A stretch of DNA of 62,249 nucleotides, filler included, from Choristocarpus tenellus KU-1152 (taxonomy: Eukaryota; Protista; Phaeophyceae), in assembly GCA_964200185.2 (NCBI GenBank). It is 9 parts of 9 records of this genome, joined end to end, with 100 filler letters (N's around TTAATTAATTAA, not from the genome) between each part and the next. Parts side by side here need not be neighbours in the genome. Positions count along the whole stretch, not along the records: positions 1 to 6,644 come from CAXNAD020007679.1; positions 6,745 to 20,273 come from CAXNAD020001458.1; 7 more parts are not named here. One strand, written 5' to 3'. Under the pieces are notes generated by a model. It was not told where the DNA came from and ran no database searches. It saw only the letters and a program-made list of their open reading frames with translations. Position numbers and translations under genes: made by a program. Positions 1-12,644 of the stretch are shown piece after piece (position 1 is the stretch's first letter; the number at the start of each line of letters is the position of its first letter).

Positions 1-57
1 GTGGGGGGTGTGTGGGGTGGGGGGTGGGGGGGGGGGGTGGTGGTGTTGGGTGGGGGT

Positions 58-114
<57 letters not shown>
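1..114. repeat. G-rich low-complexity/poly-G tract
   Basis: Almost pure G with scattered T at the window start; may be partly a sequencing artefact. Confidence 0.85.
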
Positions 115-116
<2 letters not shown>

Positions 117-516
117 GAATAATATTTAGTAGGAGTGAGGATTTTCTTATTTTGTTGTTTTAGAGGGGTCTCAACAATGCGGTGCTTAACATCCTATCCT
201 GTCATGTTCCAGATCCACTTTACTCTGATAAGGAGGCTTGTCTACCTACTGCCATTGGAGTGTAGGGTATAGGGCGTAGGGACTTGAAAATGAGGATCAG
301 GAATTGAATAGGGAATTGAAAATGAGTTGAATAGGCCTCTCTTGACAACAACCGCTCCCCCTTCATGGATGCTCTGACCTCGTGTGCATTTCCCATCCCG
401 GTCACTCTGTCTAATACCTTCAGGAGATGATGGGACTCATGGCTGGTGAAAGGGGAGGTCGAGTTTGTGCAATGGACCATAGGTAAGTCAAGTAAGTCCT
501 TTTGACTATTGGTAAA

Positions 517-586
517 CCCTAACCCTAACCCTAAGCTTAAGAATGTAGCTTCTACTTACCCTAACCCTAACCCTAACCCTAACCCT
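517..586. repeat. Interstitial telomere-like (CCCTAA)n repeats
   Basis: Two short aaccct arrays (about 3 and 4-5 units). Similar short arrays occur near 7173, 7239, 11963 and 44043. Confidence 0.8.
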
Positions 587-1227
587 CGCAACCGTACAGC
601 GTAAGATTTTGACTTGTGGGAAGGGCACGAAGGTCGATCGACCTTTTTAATAGTGCCAAAAAAAAAAAGGATAAAATATTATTTATTTATCGGTAGGTTT
701 CTCTAGACGCAAAAGCGGTTTATAATTTTTTATTTTTTTATTTTTTTCGGAACCCATTCGTCTGACGTGCTCGCGCGCCCCTCCTCCTCATCCTCCTCCT
801 CTACCGGTAGTCCAAGAATTTCGTTCAAGGGTTAGGGAGGGGGTGTTTGTCGCGGGATTGTGGTTTTTGCTTTTGTGCTGTCCAGCAGGGGCCTGGGCTG
901 TAATGCCTTGGTGATCGGATAGGTATTCGCTTTTTGCCGACGTTGAAGTTTGAAGGTAGTCACAGTCCCCACAGCTACTGCAGATGAGAATTTGGTGGTA
1001 GAAGTGGTACTGCTACCAGTGGCAATCACTTCGTTTGAACCAGTGGGGAGACAAAGATGCTGCTCGTGGGTGAAGTGACGAGAAGCGTCTCTGCACTCTC
1101 CTCAACACTCTCCTCAACACCTATGGAAATAACACTGGGGTCTATATGCTACTGCTGTCCCTTAGCCATTTACTGGGAATGTAGTAGGAACTAATTTGTT
1201 ACCTTTTTAATAGTAACGGACTTTGCA

Positions 1228-1408
1228 TTGAAGTTAAGTGACTTCGCATTGAAGTTGAGTCACTTCACATTGAAGTTGAGTCACTTCGCATTGAAGTTAA
1301 GTGACTTCACATTGAAGTTAAGTTACTTCACATTGAAGTTAAGTGACTTCACATTGAAGTTAAGTGACTTCGCATTGAAGTTAAGTGACTTCACATTGAA
1401 GTTAAGTG
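1228..1408. repeat. 21-bp minisatellite, about 8.6 copies (TTGAAGTTRAGTSACTTCRCA)
   Basis: Eight full units 1228-1395 plus a partial unit to 1408. Each unit has an internal GAAGT...ACTTC inverted repeat. Explains the LKLSDFT-repeat ORF. Confidence 0.95.
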
Positions 1409-3174
1409 TCAATGTTTTGTTCCTTTTTTTGTTTTCCGTTTCTCTTTGCGAAGCTAGCGTTCGTGCAAAAAGTGTCAATCTGTATTTGGTTTGGTTCATA
1501 AGTACATCAACATAGTCGAAGTTTGAAACCAGATTTCCGTGAAAAAAAGAGTCCGGCATCAATAGGGTTTGATCCTGGGAACATAAAAAGAACCCCCATT
1601 TTCCTCTGAGGTGCATACCCATCAAAATTCTTGGCACATGGTCACTATGTTTCTTTTTGATAGTACCTCCTCTCTCGGTACAAACCTGATGGTGGTGAGG
1701 CTAAATTCCACACTAGGAACTCATTGTGCTGGCTCCAGCGGGGTGTGTTGTGTTCCATGCAATCGCCCCTTGCCCATACCGGTCCAGTGGTGGGCTTGAC
1801 CCAGTAAGAAACTTTCCCTCCCCTGCTCCTCTGTATCTGTAGGATGGTTGGCTTGTTATGTCTTTAAGTAGTTGAAATGGATCCTGTTCAGGAGACGTGT
1901 GATATTTATGCTGGACCCTCCATGTTACCCTGCAATTATGAGGTATGAAAATGCAGCATGGAGGGTTTTCCCAACATAGCTGAGGCGTTTGCATTATTTG
2001 ATGTTTGGAGCATATGTGGTCCTTGACTGGACCTATTCTCACTCCCTTAACAAATAGCAGAGCTATAAGCCCCAAAGTGGGGTGGAGTCCTTACAAGGTA
2101 TCATAGACCAGTTCCTGTGGTTGAACTGCCTATAGGTACCAAGGAACTAGAGCAGGAGTCATTGTATTTGCCCAGTCAACCAATCCTTTTTGGTCAGGTT
2201 CGGAGGTATACACCTTGCCAGCTCATGTTGGCTGGGTAACATAGGGTCTAGCTTGAAATCATATGTCTATTGCTTTGCCTACCTCAAGACTCAACTAGCC
2301 AACCTTCCTGCACATCCAGTAGACCAGGGGAGAGATAGTTCCTTGCTGGCTCTAGCCTGACACAGGAGCCAAGGTGGGGAGAGAAGAGGTATTGCTGAAC
2401 AAATGCCTGGTGGTAGGGTGCAGGAGGCAGGATGTTGACACTAGATACGCATACACCCGCCCTAGTGTGGAGGACAACTACACCACCACACACCAGAGGT
2501 GAAATGGTTAGGTCAAATCTGTAGGGGAATGAGCATCCCACAGACAATGGAGGATGGCGGACTGTTCACAGTGTATAGTAACTTTTGCATGGATGTGATG
2601 TTCCATGGTGGGGCACTATTGGAGGCAGTCTTATCCCCCTATCGAGACGAAGGCCTACCTCTGAATGAGGCTTTTGCAAGGGTCAAAGTAGCTTGTCACC
2701 CGAGCAATTCATCTGCCAACAAGACACCTTCGGCAATTAAGGCATGAAATCACACCCACCATGAGGGATCTTTTGATCCTTCTAGTTTTAATCTGAACAC
2801 CTTCAAGGTGGATTTTTTGGGGTGCCATGGCGAGCAAGTAGAGGGTGTTCTTGATGCGTTGGTCACCAGTGCAGTAGGGGGAAAAGGGGCAGGGGGTCAC
2901 TCTAGGAAAGGGACTCTCAAAGACTTGCTTGAGATAGATCGTATCCGAAACTGCGAAGCAGATTGCTCTTTCAAGGCATATTGCCCGTTTCAACCTGGAG
3001 ACGCAGGGGTAGTGGGCAAGAAAGGGCCCCAAAGATTGTTGAGTTCTTCTCTATTCTTGAGTTCTTGTCTAGTTCCTCGGCCACCTTTGTAGGGCTAGGC
3101 TGCTGGGAGCGTAACAGTGTGAATGGCATTGGTTTGTCGGAAGGAACAATCTCTCAATAAACACTGTGTCCTTT

Positions 3175-3347
3175 GAGACTTGAGTAGCTGTGGGGGGTGG
3201 CGGCTGCCCATTTGGGGTCAATTTTTTCAAGTCGCGATATTTGGGTGAGTTGGTTGCATACGTCGGATGGATAATGTAAATGCACTTTTCCTGCTTTGGG
3301 GTCAAATGGACACCCAGTGTAGACCCCTCCCCCCCTCCCAGATACTC
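3175..3347 (+). mobile_element. MITE family A copy (degenerate ends)
   Basis: Core ggcggctgcccatttggggtcaatttttt...ggttgcatacgtcggatggataatgtaaatgcacttttcc...tgtagacccc...ccagatact matches at least 10 other copies in the window. Confidence 0.8.
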
Positions 3348-3689
3348 CCTTCTTGAAGTAATTACAGACTTCAAGAAGGGAGCATCTTGAAATTATCTAT
3401 TGTATCAGAAGTTCTGGTAGTTCTGGTCTGTCTTTTTCCTCCCCTGACACATCTGCGAAAAGGTCAGTGGCCGTATAATATGTAATTTGAGGGGGAGTCT
3501 ATGTAGTCGCACTTCTAGAAAGCATGGGCAAAGAACACGAAGCGAACACTCCCGCTCACAGTCCCTGCCAATTTGGTGTAAGCAGGCCCCCTCTACTTCA
3601 CAGCCGTTTTCTTTTCTGAGGCATATGAGGTTCTATTGGCAAAGTGGAGCAGGTTATCTGTTGGCAAAGTTTGTAACAATTTGAACAAA

Positions 3690-3910
3690 ATATAACACTC
3701 TCTCTGAGTTTCATTTTTGGGGTCAGTGTGATACACGGGATTGTAACAAGGTATTTGGGGCCCCGTGTTGTCTCCATTTTGGAGAGTTAATCACTCATCA
3801 TATAAATGAACTCAGAAGAGTCATTACCAATCAATTCGACCATTCCCAAAACCTATACTGTAATGAAAATTTTCTAACCCACAAAGGCTTAGCGCAAATA
3901 TTGAAATTTC
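3690..3910 (+). repeat. Dispersed repeat, copy 1 (copy 2 at about 6068-6290), with internal inverted ends
   Basis: Near-identical core of about 110 bp (tctgagttcatttttggggtcagtgtgatacacggg...atgaactcaga) at 3704-3816 and 6084-6196; weaker similarity in the flanks. Confidence 0.8.
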
Positions 3911-4093
3911 AGTACTACAGGGAGATTTGGCTGATTAGTTATTGTTCGTTTGGATTATTAAGATTAAGATTTTAGGATGTAGTAGTAGCTATCAATCCAT
4001 GCGGACCGTTGGATACCTGTAGCTATCGTTGGACACCCCCCCCGCCCTTCCCATCCATGTGTATTCAAACCATTTTTGCAAAATTACAATTTT

Positions 4094-4308
4094 GAGCCAA
4101 AGTAATTGAAAGATAGGCAACGTTGCATTTTAAGTATCCCGAGAAATGACTAAAGGACACCATCTTGTACAATTGCAGAAATGTTTTTTGCTGAACTGTG
4201 GTGTCACATTGTGTGTGGAAATGTAGGGTATATGTTGCACAGGGCAAGAAAGATGGCTTAGAATGCAAAAAACGACAAGACCTGCCTACCTCTCAATTTC
4301 TTTGGCTC
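4094..4308 (+). mobile_element. MITE family D (Sola2-like), complete
   Basis: TIR gagccaaagtaattgaaagataggca / tgcctacctctcaatttctttggctc, flanked by TTTT on both sides (4-bp TSD). Confidence 0.8.
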
Positions 4309-6067
4309 TTTTGAATTCCCTGTCGGCCACTTCCAAGGTCAAAGCTATGCACAGACCCCACAGCTACATGTGTACGTTTTTACTCGGTCATTACATTTTG
4401 CACAGGAGTCACAGACCCCCCTGGCACAGGCCACCCTTTCTACCCAGACACAGGTGCCCTCCTGTGCCATTTCTCCCGGTGGAGCTGGAGCACCGTGTCT
4501 CCTAGTTGGTGAAGTTTTCCCTCATTTTCCTCAGGCTCAGACCGCACAGCTCCCTCCTGCTGCTGCTCCAGTATTATTTGTGCTTATTTTCAGTTATTCT
4601 GGGAAATGTTCTCCATCTCTCTTGCCCCCAGCATAGCCCTCCCGGGTTTACCCAGTCACACAACCCTCATTCTCTACTCCTGAGGCTGCTGGGGCACAGT
4701 GGGTACCAACTGGTGGAGTGTCCCTTCCTCTTTCTCCCCTCATGCAGCCCCCCCCTGTTACCCACTCGCATCATGAGGCCCGTGCAGTACCCCATCCTGA
4801 CCATAGAAAGTTTGGATTGGGTGAACGCATTTAAAAGGGTAGGAGTTTTGCCCTGTTTGTACATTCAGGACCCATGATTATCAATCCACAGCATCATCAC
4901 AATGAGGTTCGTCTGAGAACATCTTAGTTCTTAAGATGGGTGTAACTCCGTCAACAAATAAACCGTGAGAAAATGAATTGCAATATGAGGTGCTAGGACC
5001 AAGGATAAAAGGGATGGCATTGTGAGGGATTTGCAGGAAAGAAAGAAAGAGCATCTTGGCTACATATTCGTATGAGGTCCAAATACATAGGAACACAGCA
5101 TCACAATTGGAAACTTGGCCATTTGCCTCCTGCAGCTCAAACTGCTGACTCCTTGCATTTGTCGAAAGGTCAGGTGAAGGGAAGTACTTGACCTCATGCC
5201 CCTACATAGACATTGAACAACCTCAGCTTGTCCGCTTCGAGTGGCAGCAAGTAATTCGGTCGCAGCTGTGGTTTCTTAGATACGATTGCCTACAAGTCAA
5301 CTTCTGCCACATTGCATCGAACCTCATTGTCCTGAGAATATCGAGTGTGAACAGAGGGCCATAGAGTACCAGACTGCTAGCGAACATTGCCTTCAATGAT
5401 TCCTTGTTGAGAATTTATGCATATATAGTGGTGGAAAGGTGAATAGATCACACAGGTCGCTGTTGTTGTGCAATTGAGGGCGCGAAAACAATCATACCCG
5501 GTGGTACACCTGGAAAAATTTTAAATGCCTCTTAGCTCTCCTCAATTATTATTTTATTTTAATATTTAATTTGTCGTCGCTTTACTCTGAGGGATCCCAG
5601 ACCTGTGGTCGAAAAAGATACTCCAAAGAAGGCAATAAATACACACTGGTTTGAGAAAAGGCAACAAGGACCAATAAAAGAAGAATATAACCTGTAGGGG
5701 AAGAAACACTAGTTGTATCAAAATGGGGGGGGGGGTTAAGAGAAAAAGGAGCAATGAACGCAAGAAAACCAACCCTCAAGGGTAACAACGAAAACTCAGA
5801 CGTAGTACTCCAAAAAAAGATGAAAACTTGAGTCATGCGAGGTCCATTCAAATCTGAAAATTACCCCTCATAACACAAAATACTGAAGAAAAGGAGGAGA
5901 AAATAGCGGTGACGGTGAGCAAGAACAATCAATCCAATTCGAGGAGACAATTGGAAGCAGCATTCTGGATGGCATAGTAAATCATCTACCAAAAATGCAT
6001 TTAGTTGCAAGTGCTGCGACTGAAGTCGGCCACCACCATTTACCTATCTATACCATTTTACTTGCGT

Positions 6068-6290
6068 AAAACATAATCTGCTCTCTGAGTTCATTTTTGG
6101 GGTCAGTGTGATACACGGGATTGTAACAAGGTATTTGGGGCCCCGTATTGTCTCCATTTTGGAGAATTAATCACTCATCATATATATGAACTCAGAAGAG
6201 CCATTACCGCTTAAATCGAAGGGGTCGTAAGTCGTTGATAAAATAAAATTATTTTTACCCACACAGACTTAGTGTAAATATTGATATTTA
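6068..6290 (+). repeat. Dispersed repeat, copy 2 of 3690-3910
   Basis: Direct alignment by eye to 3690-3910. Confidence 0.8.
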
Positions 6291-6644
6291 TATTGGCAGT
6301 TTGGTTGAGGTTTTTTTTTAGGGTTTCGGGTTTTGTTGGTGGTACTACTGTATGACTAGAAATATACGCAAGAAGAGTTGACAGTATACGATATGCGACA
6401 CTACTTTAGGTATATCATTACTGTCAATATCAAAACGGCATATATATGCTGCTCCATCAACCCCTGATTTCGTAGTTGGCGGAGATCGGTAATTCCCTGA
6501 TGAGTTAAAACATGTCATGAGTACGACAAAACTATTTTTTTTAAACGGTTGTAATTTGCTGTTTTAGATGAGTATATTACATCAGGGTCAAAGTATCTAG
6601 GGGGGCGGGGTGGTTTGTGAGGGGGCGTCCGTTTCGGTCAAACA

Positions 6645-6744
6645 NNNNNNNNNNNNNNNNNNNNNNNNNNNNNNNNNNNNNNNNNNNNTTAATTAATTAA
6701 NNNNNNNNNNNNNNNNNNNNNNNNNNNNNNNNNNNNNNNNNNNN
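6645..6744. other. Artificial contig-join linker (N-TTAATTAATTAA-N); same linker at about 20274, 34618, 38177, 42554, 46063, 48939 and 52628
   Basis: Identical 100-nt N block with a central six-frame stop linker, eight occurrences. Confidence 0.97.
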
Positions 6745-8009
6745 GGGGGGGTGGGGGGGGGGAGAATCTCACAAGGAGAGCAGAGCATAGAGTTGAATCC
6801 ACCCACATGTTCAAGGGGATGCAAGCATGTTGTAAATGTTGTCGATCTGAGGTAGGACAGGAATGGGGTTGGTGTATGAGAGCTAGGTGTAAAAGGGGGT
6901 TACTACTTGTGCTGCAATCAGCTTACCATAACCCACCGCATCATATCCTAAACAAAAGAGGGTTAGGGAATCTGCTCAGGAGGCCCTGTGAGATTGTTGG
7001 TGACTCTACAAAGTCAACTGATTGAACCTTTCTACACAAGGTCATGTGAGACAAAAGGTAGTACCAATGATATACCACGATAGCGCAGTGTCTGGAACTA
7101 TCAGGCAAATCTTCATCAATCAACCTTCTACTCAGAAGTACTCTTAGTATTCAGTTAAACTAGCAAGAGACCTCTAACCCTAACCCTAACCCAGAGTGCG
7201 ACAGATCCTTCAGTGCGACCTTTACAAGGTTGAACTTCCCTAACCCTAACCCTACAAAGTCAAGAAAAACTAAGTGAAGGAAAAAGGAAACATTGGACGT
7301 AAAGGGTATTGACTGTTCAACAACTCAAAAAAAGCACATGGGATTTCCAAAGAGCACTTCACCAGCAAAACAATGGTGAACAGTCCTAACCTTTTCCCCG
7401 ACAACAACCCTATCACTAACCCTACCCCCTAGCCCTCCAATCTTTGAATAAAATTAACACCTACTATATTGATCCAGCATTCTGGAATACTCCTAATGCT
7501 CGTTGGAAAGAAATGATGTCTAAATGGCTGTGGGATTCCTTAACCCTTGCTGGAACACAAAAAATAAGGACTTCACCAAAATAGAACCAATGCAGTACTG
7601 ACAAGTGGTGAGTAATATGTGTGCAATATTTGCATGGTGCTTGACTCTTGCCACAGTTGCGGTTACAGGTACAGTTACAGTTACAGTTACAGTTACATGT
7701 GAGAGCGGGATTGAAGCGAAGACTGTGAACATGAATCATTTGTCGCACGGAGAGTAACTATAAAGACTCAAAGTCGATACACTAGAGATTGTTGTCCCAC
7801 AGCAGGTTACCTAGTAGATAACTACACACTGATCTAAACTTGGAGCCAAACTTGTCACTACTTTCTCAAATTGTGCTTCTTGAGGTACTGTCTGTCTCAC
7901 TGGTATTGTCCAAAAACGGGAGATGTAGAAGGCTACTTTACCCCAGACTACAGGCACAGCTAACCGACTCTTCTAGAAGGAAAATTAAGCACAGCAAATA
8001 AGGGCTTGC

Positions 8010-9196
8010 CTGAGGAACTTGTAGAGGGCGATCAATGCATCACTATCCGCAGATACCCCTGCCTCTGTAACACCAACCCCAATAATATTAAGATCTGGAA
8101 GGAGAGCAGGCAATTCCAACAGGGCGGCCAGTCCATCTGCTGAGCCCAAGCTCCCCACCGCTGGTAAGGATAATGGAGAATAGGCACTCAGAGGTCGATC
8201 ACACATGATAGAGAAGTTTGTGGAAGGCAAAGTTGACCTTTCGTTATATTACTTTAAATGAGGTTCCATGCATCTTAATGAAAGCTTTAGTGTGGGTTGA
8301 TACCTGCACCGCAGGCACTCTCATTGCATTAGTGCGCAAGCACATACTATTTAACTCAGGGCTATCCGTTGAAGACTGAGAGTCTGTGAGTGGGATTAGC
8401 TGCATGTTACAGCAAGGGGTTAAACTGTTTCTTGGGCTTCGTTGACCACACCTACGCGTATGCCGCATTGACCTTCATATGAAAACCTACAATTGTATAA
8501 ACAGATGCAGCAGCTTCCTAAGACAAAATGTTCCACTCACCAGCCACCTGGAACGTCTCCGTCACCACCTCACCGTCGAAGCCTACAGTATCCACCTCGT
8601 ATGTGTAACCAGGACAATTTACATTCCCATCGCGCTCGACGTCTCTCTGAGCTTGCAGCATCTCTTGATTCATCCTCTTGGGAAAGCTTGAACCCCTTGG
8701 TTGACCAATGATGGTCCTTCCCCCAAGGGCATGGACCGCAGGTACAAGGACGGCCCGCTGTACAGAACGAAGATACAGCCAATAAGGAAGGTTGGTATAG
8801 AAATGTATGCACATGGACTTGTGCATTACTTCCTGCCAATGCAATGTGGTATATCTGCAAACAATGTTTCCAACTTTGTGACTCGCATTGCTTCCAAACG
8901 AGGAACAACATGCGTTAGCCAACTGTTTTTAGAAACGCAGGAGTGAAGCCTTGTAGACTCGTACCATTCGAGGGTTAGGACCTAGACGCAACTGACAACA
9001 TTGCATCGCAACAACCAAAGACCATTGCATCGCATTATTTAACCGGCTTTTACCAAAGATCACCAAGTCATCAACTGCATAGAATCACCAATCAGCTCAC
9101 CAGGAATCGACCAGAACCAATGCAGACGCAGGTCACACCAGCCAACCCCCCTTCTCGTGGAGGTTCGAAGTCCACATATCCTTTATCATTCGCCAT
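8010..9196 (-). CDS. Mannitol dehydrogenase / tagaturonate (altronate) reductase family oxidoreductase, 5' three exons (3' part not found)
   Basis: Exons 9196-9101 (MANDKGY...CIGSGRFL|gtgag), 8757-8541 (RAVLVPAV...QPRG...YEVDTV) and 8160-8010 (AVGSLG...IIGVGVTEAG). Splice phases are consistent. The Rossmann GxGRFLRA and TEAG motifs are typical of long-chain polyol/mannitol dehydrogenases. Confidence 0.8.
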
Positions 9197-9890
9197 GAAT
9201 GAGATCTAGCGTCTACAAAAGCCTCAGCAAATTTTCAAGAAGAAATTACGGCAGCACAGATCCCTCTCTTTCACACTCTTAGATAGCCATGTTATCGTAA
9301 ATCAAGTTCCAAGAACCTCGTTGAATCATGGGTCCATGCTTCAATTTGGTTTGTTAACTTTTTTGGTCTACAGCATCTCGTTTTGATACGGTTAGTAACA
9401 TAATACGTATTTGTTTGGTGACGGAATTTGGTTTGAGGTATACAAAACGCCTCCAAAGTATCGTGTCGGCGGTTATGAACAACATCAAGTGAGGCATCAG
9501 GTACCTTCTCCTATTTTCAACGAGAGACAAAGTATATCCCAAGAAAGGGAGAAAGAAACAAAAATAGTAGTGCAGCAGACGGTTTGAACCAAGGGATTAG
9601 CAAAGAAATGAGTCTCGCCTTGAAAGGAGCTGTGTCGTCCGTTGCAGTGAATGCAAGGCAGGCAAGGTTTGGGTTGGAGGGAAATGAAGTTACGTTTAGG
9701 TTTTGCCCTCTTTGCGTTAAATTGGAAATATCCCCGCCTCAAGAAGCACTGGAAATTGCCAAATTGAGCGTTTTAGCTGCTTCGAGACATTGCAAAGTCA
9801 TGCAACGGACGACCGTTCCTTATCATCGTTTCAACAACTCACAACCTCTACTGTAACCTCCCATCCCTGCAGACTCGAATCCAATCGCGA

Positions 9891-12644
9891 ATGATGGTCC
9901 ACTCCTCTGTTTTTAATTCTCATTCAATGTATTGATTCTGATACCCCCTCGCTCAACACTCAGTAGAGACCTCAGGCTACACTTCGAGTCGCTTTGACTC
10001 CGCTTTCCCGTCTTCCCGAATCATCATGGGCAGTAGACAATGTATCTAGATTCAACTTGACTCTCACTAGTCACTTCCCCATTCTCTAATTCTCCTCCGC
10101 CCAGGGTGCACCAGTGACGGCGGCATTCCGTGTAATGAGTGGGGCAGCCAAACCGACTGAATCGTATACTGAAAGACAAAGTAAGACAGGCCGACCAATT
10201 TCCCCTCATGTCAGCATTTACAAGTTCCCCGCAGCACCACTGTCTTCCATTGCCAACCGCATCACAGGAGTGGCCCTAGTGGGAGGTGTGTGGTGTGATG
10301 TTCTTGCAATGGATTTGAGCGAACCTTGTTAAGGGTTTTGCTGAATGAGAGCTACGTGTAATTCATGGAACGTCTGCCTTTAGTTGACCCAGAGGAAAGG
10401 GGAATAGCCTTATCACGATTTGAACCCTCAGCAACACCAGCCTGAGGTCACCCGAAGGCTTGCAATCCATGTATTGCACGTAAGGAGAAAAAGTAAGCAG
10501 AACAGTAATATAATCGCCCAATGGTCCCTCGCCAACAACAGGACCAACTCCCTGAAGGCAAATGTTTCCTACACATTATGTTTTCACGTACTTGATTTTT
10601 GATTTCAGAAGTGTATGCACATTCTTTTGTTGGAGCCTTTCTTCCAGTCATTCCACGTCTACTTTCCTCACCACCATTAATCGTCCCCATTATTTTCACA
10701 CCACTAATGTGTCCCGCACTATCAGGAACATAGGTAAACTTTTTCAATGCATTGTTTGTTAGTGCCTTGGTCCTTGTGGAGACCAAGAGTGGGTGGTCTG
10801 ATGCTTACCGCGTTACTATGTACGCCTTTGAGTCATTATGTATGTCTTTGAGTCATTGTCCCAACAACAGCGATATTGACCCTCATTGTCACACACCACC
10901 TGTCCCCTTTGCCCCAAATCACTGGGGAAGGCTTGTAAGAGCAAGACACAATCAGTTATTACTCCTGGTCCATGTATAGACCAGCAAAGGATGATGAAAT
11001 ACTCACCACTTTATGTGTTATATTGCCCCCACAAAACTAGTGTTCACATCCACATTGACGCAAGAGTTACTCACAAGCAGGGGTTAATGCAGTGCCATGT
11101 GATGTGTGCTTAACTTCAGAAGCACATGGAGGATTTGCCTATTCTTTTCTTTGCCGCATTTGCTGTCAGGGTTGACTGTAAGGCCATCACAATATTTCCC
11201 CGTATCTTGAGATGAGTGAAGAGTAGATATCATGGACTGCACCAAGTTTGTTTTTTCGCAAGGCATAGACATTGAAGCCTGATTGTGCTTTTTTTGTGTG
11301 TGTGTCTCCACTGTGTGTAGTTGCGTCGAAATCGTTTTCAACAGTGCAACCACAGCATGGGTTAGAAAGGCAGCCCATACCCTAACCCTGTAGTATTGTA
11401 CATAAAGTACATCTCAACACATAGTATTTTGCATGGTGTGAACTGTGCCCACCCACTCACAGTCTCCAAGCTTCATCTTGGGGGAAAATATCCACATAAA
11501 GGAACTTAAAGAGGTCCATGTATGAAAGCACAAAGCAACACGTTTTTTAGCCCTCCTGCTGGATCATTGCCTTATTTCCACCTCTCTCTTCTTCCCCCAG
11601 GTGTCTATGGTATTGGTATAGTGAGCCTGGCAGGTTGTGATGCTACATCTATGATGAGTATGCTGGGGTCTTCTGGTGTAGGCCCAGCTGTTAAACTGGC
11701 AGTTGGCTTCCCCTTGGTGTATCACTACCTTGGTGCAGTGAGGCATACGGTGAGTGCGTTGGGAAGAGAGTCAGTGGACAGAGCAATGGAATAGGTGTTG
11801 CAAATGTATGCGTTTCATTTATTTTCCTGGCCTTAAGGCTCTGTGTTCCAAGAGGTCTTGTCCTGGAATTATGTGTACACTGTCTTAAGTAAGTGCATGC
11901 ATATTATATGTGTAGGTGTTCACTACTCCACAAAGATAGGATATTGCGCTTGCATACACATACCTAACCCTAACCCTAGCATGCATTGAGCAATATTTGA
12001 AAATCAGGAGTAACATGTAAGAGTGGTGACATTGGCAGGAGGAAGGAGAATGCATGGAGAAGTAATCCCACCTATAGTAGCTTATTGTAGCATGAAGACT
12101 CTCCTATTGGTACTAGGGCTTTTATGCCATGCTCTGTACCTCTCAATACTTGAGGCTGGGGTTATTTCTGTAGTACCCTGAGAGAAGCATCCGTTATTGT
12201 GGCTATTGTGTCTGGCAGTGGACCTGCAGGCAGGCTCTTTGAACAACTGGGCAGGCAATGTGTATAGTGTAGTGTTGGGTAGGTGGGTGTTAGTTGTTCC
12301 ACTGCCAGCTATTTTTTTGGACAAACTCATTTAGCACCTACATGGTGTATTCATCTGTTAGGTGTCGCAAGAGTAGTTGATTGGTTTTAAGTTGTAGTTC
12401 AAAGTACAGTATGTGTATCAATGATCCCAACTAAAAAGAGGGAGAAAAAATATATATCCCTTGATCGTGTCTATCGAACCCTCCAACCCAATCCAGAATA
12501 TATGCACACACGCCTTCCAAATGTGAACAATGGCAGGTCTGGGATTATATGCCCGAAACACTCCAGAACAGCGGTGTGGAGAAGACTAGCTTAGCACTAT
12601 TTGCAACATCAAGCATGATCAGCTTGGGCCTTAGTATTTGCTGA
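9891..12644 (+). CDS. SDH3: Succinate dehydrogenase cytochrome b560 subunit (complex II subunit C), nuclear-encoded
   Basis: Confident exons: 10105-10285 (RPISPHVSIYKFP...SSIANRITGVAL), 11601-11749 (K...FPLVYHYLGAVRH) and 12537-12644 (VWD...stop), all GT-AG and in phase. Putative presequence exons 9891-9896 and 9967-10032 (MMRPQATLRVALTPLSRL...) are less certain. Confidence 0.92.

Noticed and set aside
1228-1515. 95-aa leucine-heptad ORF, or a CRISPR-like array
   Set aside because: The ORF is simply the translation of the 21-bp tandem repeat. There are no spacers or cas genes and the context is eukaryotic.
1600-3150. Possible decayed retroelement coding region
   Set aside because: It looks coding-derived, but no diagnostic RT, integrase or recombinase motif could be read.
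4881-5096. GLFVDGVTP as a CACTA-like transposase motif
   Set aside because: Single short match with no supporting neighbouring motifs.
6645-6744. TTAATTAATTAA palindrome repeated eight times as a biological motif
   Set aside because: It always lies in the centre of an identical N block; it is an artificial six-frame stop linker.
7464-7748. CNCNCNC / VTVTVT ORFs as metal-binding peptides
   Set aside because: Produced by a (GTTACA)n microsatellite at about 7661-7697.
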